From: Alphaproteobacteria bacterium
Lineage (GTDB): Bacteria > Pseudomonadota > Alphaproteobacteria > SHVV01
NCBI GenBank assembly: GCA_965261735.1
Contig: OZ253470.1
Coordinates: 1,952,001-2,016,000 of the forward strand
Reading direction: 5' to 3'
Length of the DNA stretch: 64,000 bases
In this document: positions 1-10,803 of the stretch, in pieces
Numbering within the stretch: position 1 is the first letter of the stretch
Layout: each line of letters starts with the position of its first letter
Program-made: the position numbers and the translations under genes
The notes under the pieces: model-generated
What the model saw: the letters and a program-made list of their open reading frames with translations, nothing else
What the model was told of the DNA's origin: nothing
The model's database searches: none

Positions 1-137
1 TGCTGTTCACCGCCATGCTCAATTCGATGCAGCACGGTCTGAACGAACGCTTACCTGGTCCCGGACTTCTCACGAGGCGGTTTTTGTTCGGTCACGGCGT
101 GATGAAGGGCCGCAAGGGGTGACGGAGGACCCTGATC

Positions 138-1015
138 TCACCGGTTGAGAGTGCGACGCCAGTCCTTCCGCAGGGGTCGGAGCCAGATGTCCTTCTTCGG
201 TTGATCCCGTCTGGTGTGTCGGTCGTATCGGCCCCGTCCCTTGGTGGCGACGAGAGTCCAGCCGGACGCCTTGTACAAGGCGCCGGTGAAGCGCGGGGTC
301 ACGACGAAGGTCTCGATGAGCACGGGCGTGGTGTTGTAGCGCTCGGTCCAGTCGTCGGGCAGTTGCCGGCGGACCAGCGAGAGGATGTGCGAGCCCAGGT
401 TGGGGATCGTGATCCAGGGCAAGATGAGGAACCGCGGATTGTCGGTCACGAGGGGAAGGTTCTTCTCGCGCAGTTGCGGCGTCCATCCGATGAAGCTGTC
501 GCGGGGTGCGAGCTTGCGTGCCGCCGTGCTGAAGCCGAGCATGGCGAGCGGTGCGCCGTGGCGGTCGTGGACGGCGTAGCGCATCTGTGCGCCGACTAGA
601 GTCTTGTAACCGAGGTAGTGGTAGCGGGCGACGAACTCGTTCCACCGCTTACCCTCGCGCGTGTAGCGCGCGACGGGCCGCAGGCTGAGCGGGCAGACCT
701 CATCGAGGGTGGTCGGCGCCGGGACGGCGGCGGTTCGGTGTCCGGTCCGAAGACCATGGGCCGGCGCGGAGGGCGTGGGCATTTCGGCGGCGGTAAGACG
801 ATCAGCCCGTCCTTGTGCATGGCCAGCATGGTCACCCTGGCCATCATGTCCTTGAGTCCGCCGTCGGGCTTGAGCCAGCCGATGCGTCGGCAGAACTCCC
901 TGGACAGCGCATGGCGGTTGGGCGGCGGAGAGGCGGCGATGAGCGTGCGCAGCACCACCATCTCTTGGGTGGTGAAGTCGCGCCCGTAGTACCGGCACTC
1001 GGCGTCGGCCGTCAT
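138..1015 (-). pseudogene. DUF4338-domain protein (IS-associated type), frameshifted near 730-740
   Basis: N-terminal half (RYYGRDFT...LSREFCRRIGW) is in ORF 596..1069. C-terminal half (WNEFVARYHYLGY...NPRFLILPW...PVLIETFV) is in ORF 138..998. Confidence 0.75.
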
Positions 1016-1089
1016 CCTGGCGCCATCAGGGCGCGCCTGCGTTCCTCGCTCATGGACCATGGAAGCCATGGCGACCGGTCGTCTGGCAG

Positions 1090-1211
1090 GTTGGCACTCC
1101 GGTCTACGCGCGGCGCTCTATCAAGCCGCCACGGTGATGCTGAACCGCGCGGGACCGAACTGGCTGAATGCCTGGGCGCTACGTCTGGCGAAGCTTCGCG
1201 GCAAGAAGCGC
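1090..1211 (+). pseudogene. IS110-family transposase C-terminal fragment, cut by IS256 left end
   Basis: LRAALYQAATVMLNRAGPNWLNAWALRLAKLRGKKR resembles the IS110 C-terminal region. It stops at GGGAGTATCCGG. Confidence 0.6.
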
Positions 1212-2172
1212 GGGAGTATCCGGAATTTTGTGCTTTGGGCCATAGTGATGAAAAAGAAAGGAGCATCCTATGGCAATCGAGAAGGAACTATTGGACCAGC
1301 TGTTGGAGGGGCGTGATCCGGAAACGGTATTCACCCAGGACGGTCTGCTTGACGAGTTGAAGAAAGGGCTGTCGGAACGTGTCCTGAATGCGGAGCTCGA
1401 CGCGCATCTCGATGCGGAAACGGCGGATGGAAAAACCAATCGCCATAACGGCCGATCGCAGAAGACGGTCCTCACGGGTACGTCGAAGGTGACGCTGGAT
1501 ATTCCACGTGACCGGGCCGGCACCTTCGATCCGCAGCTGATCGCTAAATACCAGCGCCGGTTCCCGGACTTCGACGAGAAGATCATCTCCATGTATGCCC
1601 GCGGCATGACGGTCCGCGAGATCCGCGGTCACCTTCAGGAGCTGTACGGTATAGAGGTCTCACCGGACCTGATCTCAACGGTCACCGATGCCGTTCTCGA
1701 GGAGGTGAGCGAATGGCAGAACCGGCCGCTGGATGCCTGCTACGCCATCGTTTTCTTCGACGCCATCCGGGTCAAGATCCGCGACGAGGGGTTCGTTCGC
1801 AACAAGGCGGTGTATATCGCCCTCGCCATTCTTCCCGATGGCACCAAGGAGATCCTCGGTCTGTGGATCGAGCAGACCGAAGGCGCCAAGTTCTGGCTGC
1901 GCGTCATGAATGAGCTCAAGAACCGGGGCGTGCAGGACATCCTGCTCGCCGTCGTCGATGGTCTCAAGGGCTTCCCCGAGGCGATCAACGCCACCTTCCC
2001 CGAGACTGTGGTTCAGACCTGTATCGTCCACCTGATCCGCCATTCCATGAATTTTGCGTCATGGAAGGATCGAAAACATGTGGCCAAGGCGCTCAGGGAC
2101 GTATACCGGGCCAAGGACGCCGATGCCGGCCTGGCGGCGCTGGATGCCTTCGAGGCCGGCCCCTGGGGCGAG
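1212..2172 (+). mobile_element. IS256-family element, 3'-truncated (transposase from 1270)
   Basis: Left end GGGAGTATCCGGAATTTTGTG. Mutator motifs IPRDRAGTFDP, FFDAIRVKIR, VVDGLKGFPEAI and QTCIVHLIR. Homology ends at GPWGE. Confidence 0.9.
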
Positions 2173-2204
2173 GGCCGCATGTCGGCTAGATGCTCCAGGT
2201 TCAT

Positions 2205-3645
2205 ATCTACGTTCGGGACTCATGGCCTTGACCTGCATCGTCTCCCGCGGTGGCTGTGGCGGGGCGACAACCGGGTTCGCTGTGAAATCGAAGGGGATGC
2301 CGAAAACATCGGCGTATTCCACATTGAAGAGCCCTTCGTCAGGCCCTTCTTCGTTCACTTCGTAAGATTGGCGGCGTAGGGCACGGCCGATGACCTGCTC
2401 GCACAGAAGCTGGGTGCCGAAGGCGCGAATGCCGAGAACGTGGGTGACGGTATTGGCATCCCAGCCCTCGGTGAGCATCGATACGGAGACGACGCAACGG
2501 ATGGCGCCGCCAAGCTGGTCGGGCTTGCCGACGGTGTTCATGACCTCGCGGAGCAACTCCTGGTCGGTGATGTTGTCGCCGGCACGGGGGTCGCCGCTGC
2601 GCTCTACGATCTCGCGACGAAAGCGCTTGATTTCGCTGGCCGCCATGCCGCGAAAGTTCTTGTCGAGCGCGTCGCCGGCTTCGAGTTGCTCGCTATCGAT
2701 GAGGAGCGTGTTCGGACGCGGGAGAGGGTTGCCAGTAGTTTCGTCGAAATTGCGGAATAAGGCGAGGCGTCCGTTCACCAGGCTGGTCGTGTCGTCGTCG
2801 TTTTTGCGACGAAAACCGGAAATGAAGTCGTAAACAAGTTTCGAGATGGCTGTGTTCTGGCAAACGACGATGAAGCAAGGGGGAACTTTGATGCCCCGTT
2901 CGTCCCAAAGCTCGAAGGTCTTCTCGTAGTGGCCATAGAGAGCTTGAAGCGCCGTCTGTAAGCGCGTAGGGAGTTTAAGGGGGTCGAGTTCTTCGCCTTT
3001 GCCGCGCCCCTTCTTGGGCATGTCTTTTCGGATGTTTTCCCAGAGGTTTCGGAACATCGGCATTTCGTTGCCAGGAATATTTTCTGCGACAGGGACGCGC
3101 GGTAGTTTGACGATGCCGCACTCGATAGCATCCATGAGCGAAAAGTCGCTCATCGTCCACGGGAACAGCGTCCCCTCGGCGTAACCGGAACCCTTTAGAA
3201 AAAATGGCGTTGCTGACAAATCAATGACGCCGCTAAGGCCGAGCCTGCGATTCACTGCTTCAAGGCCCGAAATCCAGAGGCGTGCTGCCTCATTGGCTTT
3301 CTCCGCCTCTTTCCTCTCGTCACCTTTCAGATCTGCATCGTCGGCGTCTTTGAATTTCTCCCGATAGCAATGGTGCGCTTCGTCATTGATGACGAGGATG
3401 TTCTTCATGCCCATCAAGCCGGGCATAACCCGCTGGAGCATTTGGCCTTCCGTCTCCAACATCTTCAGTTCCTCGCCGCCACGTCCTTGCAGGAGTTGGC
3501 GCCCACCTTTGGACAGGGCGATGCGCTCGCGCAGCTTGAAGGCGTGGTAGTTGGTGATAACGATCTTGGCCCGGTTCACGTCATCGAGCATGTCGCCAGG
3601 AACGAGTTCGCGGTTGGCGTAGTAGCTATCGGGATCATTGGGCTG
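2205..3645 (-). pseudogene. Type III restriction endonuclease Res subunit (SF2 helicase), internal fragment
   Basis: Motifs VITNYHAF, INDEAHHCY (DEAH), DLSATP, VSMLTEGWD and QVIGRALRR. Walker A N-terminus and C-terminal nuclease are missing. Confidence 0.85.
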
Positions 3646-4020
3646 GAGGCGGAGCGCGTAGGGTACTGGCAAGAGGCTGCCGGGAGCGGGGATCTGCATG
3701 AAGGGTCCGGAGAGCGGATCCCGAACTACGAGGATCACGACTGGAACGAGCAGCGCGAGCATCTTGCTGAAGATCTGGCCAGTTCGTCAGCGGTGTTCCA
3801 AAGGCCCGTGTTTCAGTTCTATCAGGCGGCAGCAGCGCATCGCGTGTACGTGCTGAGAGATCTTCTGCCGGGCCACGGATTGCTCGGTAACTGACCGGCG
3901 GGCGAGGCATGCAATTTGGGCTTGCCCGGGTAATCGGAGTAGGGATGCGGTCAGCATCGGCCGGCGGGAGACCATGACGCGATTTGGTTCAATGCAATCC
4001 GTGGACGGGGGAGAGGGGTT

Positions 4021-4887
4021 GTGAACGATAGGACATCGGGAGCGGCCGCTGGCGCCGTCGAGGCGGGAAAACCGGCTGCGGAGGCGAAAATACCGACAGC
4101 CAGGCCCGACGACGTGAAGCCGGGGCGGGATTTGGAAGATCTGATCGCAGAAGCCCGGGCGCTGGCCCTCTACGTTTCACGTCACGGCGATGCGCTGTCG
4201 AGCGACAATCACAAGCTGCACGAGGAGCTGTTGGCCGCCATAGCGAAGGTGGTCGATGAACCGTCCACGAGCGGATGGCGGGAACTGATGACCGCATATG
4301 CCAAGGTAACGGCGGTGACGTACAAGGACCGCGGGGTGAATGGGCGCACAATTCTCGATACCAAATTGGCTGGCAACACCAGATTCTGGCGTTTCGGATC
4401 GCCCAAGGATCGGCCGATACGCATTGGTATCCTGTTTTTTGTTCTTGCCCTGTTACTCGAACTGTTGATGCATTGGAGTGGCGGTGTATCGGACGCCACG
4501 ACGCTGGGCTGGATTGGTAGCTTGGGTCACCTGATCGGCACGACGCTCTCCAATCTCTTGTCACCCGCTCTATGGGGTGGCCTCGGGGCCTGTATCTTCC
4601 TGACCAAGCGGATATCGGACAAGCTGTTCGAACTGGCCTATGAAGAATCCCGCATGCGGGGCGATGTCACGCGTATTTTCCTCGGGTCCATGCTCGGCGT
4701 GGTGGCGGTGGTGCTGATCTTTCCCGACTTCACCGAGCGTGTCGTGCTCGGAGATGCGAGCCTCGGCCCGGCAACGGTTGCTTTTGTCGCCGGACTGGGT
4801 GTGAAACCGGTCTATGCGGCATTCGAGTCGTTGAGCGAGGAGCTCGCGCGCCGTTTCAGCGGCAAGAGACAGGCGGACCAGGGATGA
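4021..4887 (+). CDS. Hypothetical multi-pass membrane protein (soluble N-domain plus about 4 TM helices)
   Basis: 288 aa ORF with RBS-like GGAGAGGGG upstream. Hydrophobic segments with WGGLGA, RIFLG and FVAGLG. ATGA overlap with the next gene. Confidence 0.75.
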   Translation: MNDRTSGAAAGAVEAGKPAAEAKIPTARPDDVKPGRDLEDLIAEARALALYVSRHGDALSSDNHKLHEELLAAIAKVVDEPSTSGWRELMTAYAKVTAVTYKDRGVNGRTILDTKLAGNTRFWRFGSPKDRPIRIGILFFVLALLLELLMHWSGGVSDATTLGWIGSLGHLIGTTLSNLLSPALWGGLGACIFLTKRISDKLFELAYEESRMRGDVTRIFLGSMLGVVAVVLIFPDFTERVVLGDASLGPATVAFVAGLGVKPVYAAFESLSEELARRFSGKRQADQG

Positions 4888-5867
4888 GCGGGTTGAGATT
4901 GGTTCTGGCGGTCTTGTCGATTCCGGTCTTCCTGGCCGCTGCGTCAACGAGTTTGGCTGGAGGCCGGCCGGTTCAGGAGCCCCCGAAGGGCTACGACCAT
5001 GACCGGTTTGCCCCGAAACCCGACATATTGCGCGTGTTTCGGGGTTTCGTGGTGAGCTTCGATTCCAAGGATGACGATGACGGCCGATCGGGTGGCGATC
5101 TGCTGCGTGTGCCGCATTGGGTAAGCCAGGAACTGAGGAGTTGGGAGCCGCCGAAGGCGGTACAGGATGACGCCGCCGCTTGGTGTCTCGATACGCTTCG
5201 TAACCGGCCGAAATGGTTTACCGATGAGGATCTGTTCGAGACCGGCGTCGCCCCGAATGACGATAGCTACCGGAGCAGCGGGTTCGATCGAGGTCACATG
5301 GCGATGAAGCTGCTCGTCGAAAGGCTTGGACAGGACGCAGCCTACAATACGCATACGGTACTGAATGCAATCCCGCAGAGGCCGAAGTTCAACCAGGGGA
5401 TATGGCAGAACCTGGAATTCCTGACGGGTGCATGGGCGCAGAAGTACGGAAAAATCTGGGCAATTCAGGGTCCAGTTTTCTACAAGAAGACGACTCTTGC
5501 ATGGATAGGAGACGAAGGAGAACGGAAGGTGGCGGTCCCCGACGCGGCCTTCAAGGTAGTTGTTCGCGAGAAAACGGAGCAGGAGAGAAGCGTGGCGAAG
5601 GAGAGAGATCGAGATGCTCCCGAAGTTCTTGCGTTTTTGTATCCACAATTGGGCCCAGGGTATTTTGAATCGAGAAAGGACTATCGCCATTCGAGATTTC
5701 TAACTTCGGTTGATGAAATCGAGGAGCTGACGGGCCTGGATTTCAAACTGTCTCCCGACTCAGCTGTGGAGAAGCGGCTGGAACGTCGTCGGGCGACGGT
5801 ATTGTGGGAGCCGAGTGAGGTGGATCTGAAGCAGCGTCGCCTGTTTCTTTCAGGATGTCGTAATTGA
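4884..5867 (+). CDS. Secreted DNA/RNA non-specific endonuclease (NucA/EndoG-like, His-Me finger)
   Basis: Signal peptide, GFDRGHMA motif, NAIPQRPKFNQGIWQNLE and VAVPDAAFKVV. Confidence 0.9.
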   Translation: MSGLRLVLAVLSIPVFLAAASTSLAGGRPVQEPPKGYDHDRFAPKPDILRVFRGFVVSFDSKDDDDGRSGGDLLRVPHWVSQELRSWEPPKAVQDDAAAWCLDTLRNRPKWFTDEDLFETGVAPNDDSYRSSGFDRGHMAMKLLVERLGQDAAYNTHTVLNAIPQRPKFNQGIWQNLEFLTGAWAQKYGKIWAIQGPVFYKKTTLAWIGDEGERKVAVPDAAFKVVVREKTEQERSVAKERDRDAPEVLAFLYPQLGPGYFESRKDYRHSRFLTSVDEIEELTGLDFKLSPDSAVEKRLERRRATVLWEPSEVDLKQRRLFLSGCRN

Positions 5868-6248
5868 TTGGCTTTGCCGCTGTTCGTTTGCACTCGTGAC
5901 ATGGGCGTGGGGAGAACGTGGTCCGATCAACTGGCGCATCAGTCAACGTCGCAAATGGTTACGGACAACAGGGGACATGCTGCGACTGGATATAGATAGA
6001 ATCCGCTTACTATACGATTTCGGTTCACTGGATAGGTAGAAGTGGTGGGTCTGAGAGAAACCTATTTGTCAACATATTTCAAAGGTGTACGACCGAGCAA
6101 AACGGCGGACGACTAACTGGCGTCACACAAGAGTGCCGTAGATCGCGAGTTGTGTATTCCGGCGGTACGGGTTCGGGGCAGACTTTGTTTCTTTGCCCGC
6201 GGCCATTCCGGGCAAGCAAGCACGAACGCGATTCGGGCCGGATCGATC

Positions 6249-6821
6249 TCAGCGCCAGGGGGCGATCAGGATCTCGTCGACCACAGAGATCGTGTCGTCG
6301 CGCCCGATCTTGAGCAAGAAGACCTCGCCCGAGGCGGGGATCCGGCCCGTGAGCGCCGTGATGTTCACCTGATGGGTAACCAGGACAACGGTTTTCCCGG
6401 GCTGCAGGCCGAGCAGGAATTGCCGGAGTTCGGCGGTCTGCCGGCCAGCCCGGTCCCGGTTCCGGAAGAAAGAGTTCAGCGCGGGCAGGTCCGCGGCGGG
6501 GCCGAGGTCGAGGAATCGGGCCGTGTCGCGGCAGCGGCACCATTGGCTGGTGACGACCCGGTCGACGGTCGCGCCGGCGGCGCGAATCGCCGCCCCGATC
6601 TTTCGCGCCTGTTTCCGGCCCCGGGCGTCGAGATTGCGCTGGGTGGCGCAATCGTCGAGCGCGAACGATGCGGGGTCTCCGGTCCCCGGCGCGAAGGCGT
6701 GGCGCAGGATGGCGACAATGCCGGGCTCGGACAGGCGGGCAAAACGCGCGTCCGCGGCTGTCGGCAACGGGGAGAGAGAGAAGGCCGCCACCAGGGCGGC
6801 GGCGAGAAGCAGGCGCGTCAT
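6249..6821 (-). CDS. Histidine phosphatase family protein, exported
   Basis: Signal peptide MTRLLLAAAL. Motifs ILRHA, QRNL, TSQWCRCRDTA and LVTHQVNI. Confidence 0.85.
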   Translation of the reverse strand: MTRLLLAAALVAAFSLSPLPTAADARFARLSEPGIVAILRHAFAPGTGDPASFALDDCATQRNLDARGRKQARKIGAAIRAAGATVDRVVTSQWCRCRDTARFLDLGPAADLPALNSFFRNRDRAGRQTAELRQFLLGLQPGKTVVLVTHQVNITALTGRIPASGEVFLLKIGRDDTISVVDEILIAPWR

Positions 6822-6984
6822 CGGCAGCTGTGTGAGACGGAGTGGCAATCGGGGCCGGCTGGACGAATCTAGCCCCCGGATTCGGAAGCTTCCAGTCATG
6901 TTGAGCATGCAATGCGCCGGTTGACGATGGCCAATGCCGGTCCTAACGGTGTCGGGTAAATGGAAGACCGACGGAATGGGGCGG

Positions 6985-7050
6985 TGAGCGAACGGGTCGC
7001 GCGGCTGCGCATCGAGCTGCAGGAGCTGGAGCCGAAGATCTGGCGGCGCA
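6985..7050 (+). pseudogene. pRiA4b ORF-3-like protein, N-terminal fragment
   Basis: MSERVARLRIELQELEPKIWRR matches the family N-terminus. It ends next to an IS6-like IR tip CTGACAACGCC (7054-7064). Confidence 0.5.
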
Positions 7051-7077
7051 GCCCTGACAACGCCGTGTCTGGCACGC

Positions 7078-7839
7078 TCATCGGCGAAAGGACGGGTCTT
7101 CCCGATCAAGGATCTCCTGTAGTTCCCTGAAGTGATCCTCGCTCAAATCCGGATAGTCGCGCCATTGTTGCGCTGTCTTCGCCGCCACGCGGCCGGAGAC
7201 GATGCCGAGTTCCCGGCCGGTCTGCAGGGCCGTAATGTAAGTCGAGCAGGCGCGCTCGAAATAATAGAGATCGTCGAACGCCCGGGCGACCGTTTCGCCG
7301 ATCGCCATCACCCCGTGGTTGCGCATGAGCAGAATCGGCTTGTCTCCCACCAGCCGCGCGATGCGTTCGGCCTCATCATCGAGACCCATGCCGTCGAAGT
7401 CCTCGTCGATGGTTATGCGTCCCCAGAACCTCATGGCGTTCTGGTCGATAGGCGGAAGCGTCGGATCGCCGAGGCAAGCAAGCACCGCGGCATATCTGGA
7501 GTGAACATGAAGCAGGCAGCGCGCATGCGGCATGCGCCGGTGGATGCCACCATGGAGCGCCCAGGCCGTGGGATCGGGAGCATCCGGCCGCACCATCGTC
7601 GCCTTGTCTTCAGCATCGAGCAGCAGAAGCTCGCTTGCCTTGATACGCGAGAAATGACGGCCCCTCGGGTTCATCAGGAACTTCGTTCCCGTTTCGTCGA
7701 CGGCGAGACTGAAATGGTTGGCGACCGCTTCGTGCATATCGAAGCGGGCCGCCCAGCGGAAGGCGCAGACAAGAGCGATCCGCTCTTCTTCGAAGTCCAT
7801 GCCGGGCCTATCGATAACGGCGGGCTGGGCCGAGGCCAT
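7078..7839 (-). CDS. Class II aldolase/adducin family protein
   Basis: Motifs EAVANHFS, LHGGIH, LLHVHS and LMRNHGV. Confidence 0.9.
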   Translation of the reverse strand: MASAQPAVIDRPGMDFEEERIALVCAFRWAARFDMHEAVANHFSLAVDETGTKFLMNPRGRHFSRIKASELLLLDAEDKATMVRPDAPDPTAWALHGGIHRRMPHARCLLHVHSRYAAVLACLGDPTLPPIDQNAMRFWGRITIDEDFDGMGLDDEAERIARLVGDKPILLMRNHGVMAIGETVARAFDDLYYFERACSTYITALQTGRELGIVSGRVAAKTAQQWRDYPDLSEDHFRELQEILDREDPSFRR

Positions 7840-7977
7840 GCCATCCTTTCCCTATTCGAACGTCAGTCTCTTTACCGTAGCGGCCCGTTGGCCTGCCTGT
7901 CCATCATGCCGGCTCGCAATATCCGTGGCCGATTCACCCATTGATCCGGTACGGCGGCGGCGAAGCATTGTCAGACT

Positions 7978-8109
7978 CGCTCTGTCAAGTTAACCGGATG
8001 CACTCCGAAATCTCGTTAAATATTCGATGACTGCTTTGTTCATTTTCAATGGCGTAGCCTCATGGAGAAATGCCGAAAACAGCCTACAATCAGTTAACTT
8101 GACAATGCT
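7978..8109. mobile_element. IS6-derived MITE (about 130 bp) with an unoccupied IS1111 target in its right IR
   Basis: Imperfect terminal IRs GCTCTGTCAAGTTAACCGG and TCAGTTAACTTGACAATGC. A second copy lies at 11724-11848. Confidence 0.7.
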
Positions 8110-8134
8110 GGTACAACGAATGGGATTTATATCG

Positions 8135-8284
8135 GATAGTGCCGAGGCGATTCTTATCGAACCCCGCGACATGCTGAACCATAGCGCCGCGCAGTTGCTC
8201 GAAGAAGAAACTCTAAGCGGAGATCAACTTGCCGCAATCGTCGGGTCGCCCGCCAGGCAGCCATCCACCTCAACGGCCGACTGA
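8135..8284 (+). pseudogene. FtsH-like protease extreme C-terminal fragment
   Basis: AEAILIEPRDMLNHSAAQLLEEETLSGDQL resembles the peptidase M41 tail. Confidence 0.45.
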
Positions 8285-8303
8285 GACGCCAGTTGGCGCA
8301 TAC

Positions 8304-9209
8304 CTAACCGGGTGCGTTTTCGATGTCTGCCTCCGACAGCAGCCAGTCGCGGAAGATCTTGACCTTTGGGCGGTCTGCGTTCGCCAGCGGACACATGACG
8401 TAGTATGCCTCATCAAGCGGCAAGGAGATGTCGAACGGCCTGACCAGACGGCCGTCGGCGAGCGCCGTGGCGGCTATGGCACTGCGTGCCACGGCAACGC
8501 CCTGTCCGTTGATGGCGGCCTCGATGACCACGTTCGAATGGTTGAAGGTCGGCCCGCGTGCCGCGTCAGCGCCGGCGACCCCCATCTCCTTGAGCCAGCG
8601 ATGCCAATCGGCAGATGTCTCGTCGTGTAACAGTGTGTGGTAACGTAAGTCCTCGGGTGTTCGCAGCGGATGCGGTCCTTCGTTGACCAACCGCGGGCTG
8701 CATACGAGGAATTGCTCCACGTTTAAAAGCCGGTCGCTCCTCAGCCCCGGATGGTTATCGCTGCCGTAGCGAATGCCCATGTCGACGCCGTTGCGCTCGA
8801 GGTCGATGATCTCATCGGTGGCCGATATGCGGATATCGATCTCGGGGTGCGCGGCCCGGAAACGGGTCAACCGTGGCACCAGCCAGGTCGCTGCGAACGA
8901 CGGCACGGTGCTCACCGTCAGCACACCGGATTCGTCCTGCCGGGTGAGCGCCTCGGTCGCATCGCGCAGCGCGTCCAGCGCATCCCGCACGACCGGCAGG
9001 TAGCGTTGGCCCGCTTCGGTCATCAATAGCGATCGATTGAGACGGCGAAAGAGCCGCACGCCGATGGCTGTCTCCAGCGCTTTGATCTGGTGGCTGATTG
9101 CCGCCTGAGTGACATGCAGCTCTTCGGCGGCGCGTGTGAAAGAGAGCAGACGCGCCGCGGCCTCGAAGGCGCGGAGTGTGTTCATTGGCGGAAGTCGGCG
9201 CACTGTCAA
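8304..9209 (-). CDS. gcvA: LysR-family transcriptional regulator, GcvA-like
   Basis: LPPMNTLRAFEAAARLLSFTRAAEELHVTQAAISHQIK helix-turn-helix plus PBP2 domain. Confidence 0.85.
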   Translation of the reverse strand: MTVRRLPPMNTLRAFEAAARLLSFTRAAEELHVTQAAISHQIKALETAIGVRLFRRLNRSLLMTEAGQRYLPVVRDALDALRDATEALTRQDESGVLTVSTVPSFAATWLVPRLTRFRAAHPEIDIRISATDEIIDLERNGVDMGIRYGSDNHPGLRSDRLLNVEQFLVCSPRLVNEGPHPLRTPEDLRYHTLLHDETSADWHRWLKEMGVAGADAARGPTFNHSNVVIEAAINGQGVAVARSAIAATALADGRLVRPFDISLPLDEAYYVMCPLANADRPKVKIFRDWLLSEADIENAPG

Positions 9210-9349
9210 ACCTATACTATTTCAAATAAGAAAAAATAATCCAATACATGAAAAAATGTCGTTTGTCATCCGTCTCGTCCGACCATAGGTAACCCACAGA
9301 AATTGCGAGCTAAGGCGATCTTACTGAATTTTCGCCGATGACTTGAGGT

Positions 9350-9673
9350 TTGGGATGGATGATCGAAATGAGTAAGTTTTCCTATGGGCATACGGCATCT
9401 TTGGGATCATTTGATCGAGGGCTGCGGTTCGGCCCGAATGCAACGGGTTCGGTGCGGTCCGAGCGTGGGCATGACGTCGGAGTCAGCATAGCCTGTCTGC
9501 TCGCCCACGCTGCAAATGGCGTACTAAGAATGATCGGCGTCCTGCGGGATTGGAACGAACGGGCACGCCAGCGTCACCAGCTGGCCGCGCTTGGTGATCA
9601 CTTGCTGCGAGATATTGGCATCGACAGGGATGCCGCGCGTCGTGAATCTTCAAGACATTTTTGGGACATCTAG
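9350..9673 (+). CDS. DUF1127 small protein, divergent from the LysR gene (start uncertain)
   Basis: WNERARQRHQLAALGDHLLRDIGIDR motif. Confidence 0.85.
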   Translation: MGWMIEMSKFSYGHTASLGSFDRGLRFGPNATGSVRSERGHDVGVSIACLLAHAANGVLRMIGVLRDWNERARQRHQLAALGDHLLRDIGIDRDAARRESSRHFWDI

Positions 9674-10046
9674 GCATGAACGCGACGATCACCGGCAGCG
9701 TTACGCCGGTGGATAGCGGATCGTCGTTTTATTGTATTGGTTGAGACTCTCGTACAGTGCGCTGAATTGCTGGTGAAACGCGATCCAGTCGATGTCTGCT
9801 CCCAACTGCCGATGAATTTCCTGAAGGGGCTTGCTGCGATCCGTCAAACGCAGGATCGCCGCCGCGTGCGGTGGTAAGTCAGTCGACGACTTTTCCAGCT
9901 AGACATGTGAGCGGCGGTGCCATGTCGGCGTGCTTCTTCTGTGGTGCGTACACCGGGGTGCACCACATCAATGGGAGTGGATCAACTCCCTTCCTTGCTC
10001 AATGCGCGATCGGACACCTGCATATCGATCTTGAGGACCGTTGGAA

Positions 10047-10165
10047 TTAGGCCTGGGTGGCGAGTGCTTTGACTGTCCCGACGAGGCGGTAGACGCGTAC
10101 AGGTGCAGTGCGGCCCTTAACCTCCATCTCTCCGACCGGCTCGATATCGAAACTGCTGTCCAGAT
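10047..10165 (-). pseudogene. Adenylate/guanylate cyclase C-terminal fragment fused to an IS256 fragment
   Basis: FDIEPVGEMEVKGRTAPVRVYRL matches the class III cyclase VKG motif. Confidence 0.55.
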
Positions 10166-10359
10166 CCGCGTCGAGCTCCGCATTCAGGACACGTTCCGAC
10201 AGCCCTTTCTTCAACTCGTCAAGCAGACCGTCCTGGGTGAATACCGTTTCCGGATCACGCCCCTCCAACAGCTGGTCCAATAGTTCCTTCTCGATTGCCA
10301 TAGGATGCTCCTTTCTTTTTCATCACTATGGCCCAAAGCACAAAATTCCGGATACTCCC
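10166..10359 (-). mobile_element. IS256 left-end fragment, near-identical to 1212-1405
   Basis: Reverse-complement copy of the IRL and MAIEKELLDQ...NAELDA. Confidence 0.85.
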
Positions 10360-10494
10360 GCAGAACTCCCTGGACAGCGCATGGCGGTTGGGCGGCGGAG
10401 AGGCGGCGATGAGCGTGCGCAGCACCACCATCTCTTGGGTGGTGAAGTCGCGCCCGTAGTACCGGCACTCGGCGTCGGCCGTCATCCTGGCGCC
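10360..10494 (-). repeat. Direct duplication of 890-1024 (5' part of the DUF4338 gene)
   Basis: Identical sequence GCAGAACTCCCTGG...GTCATCCTGGCGCC. Confidence 0.9.
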
Positions 10495-10499
10495 GTATT

Positions 10500-10769
10500 G
10501 TGCCGGAAGGCGACAAGTGGATGCGCATGGAAGCGCAAACGCCGCGCTTCGAAGCCGGTCACGTGTTGCTGCCGAAAGAGGCCCCGTGGCTCGCCACTTT
10601 CCTGGACGAACTGCTCGCCTTCCCGCGGGGACGGCACGACGACCAGGTCGACAGCGTCTCGCAGTTCCTCAAGTGGGCGTGGACCCACTCGCAGCGGTCG
10701 AAGGCGGTTGGAGGCGGCGCGATACTTGTCACACATGAAGGCAAATTCATGGATCAGCCGTTCCCGTAA
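10500..10769 (+). pseudogene. Phage-type terminase large subunit C-terminal nuclease fragment
   Basis: GDKWMRM...LLPKEAPWLATFLDELLAFPRGRHDDQVDSVSQFL contains the HDDQVD motif. Confidence 0.8.
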
Positions 10770-10803
10770 TCCCGAATCGAGGATCAGGTCCTAACGAATC
10801 ATC

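Noticed and set aside
138-1015. Druantia defence system (DruA contains DUF4338)
   Set aside because: No DruE helicase or other dru genes. The gene is frameshifted and lies among IS fragments.
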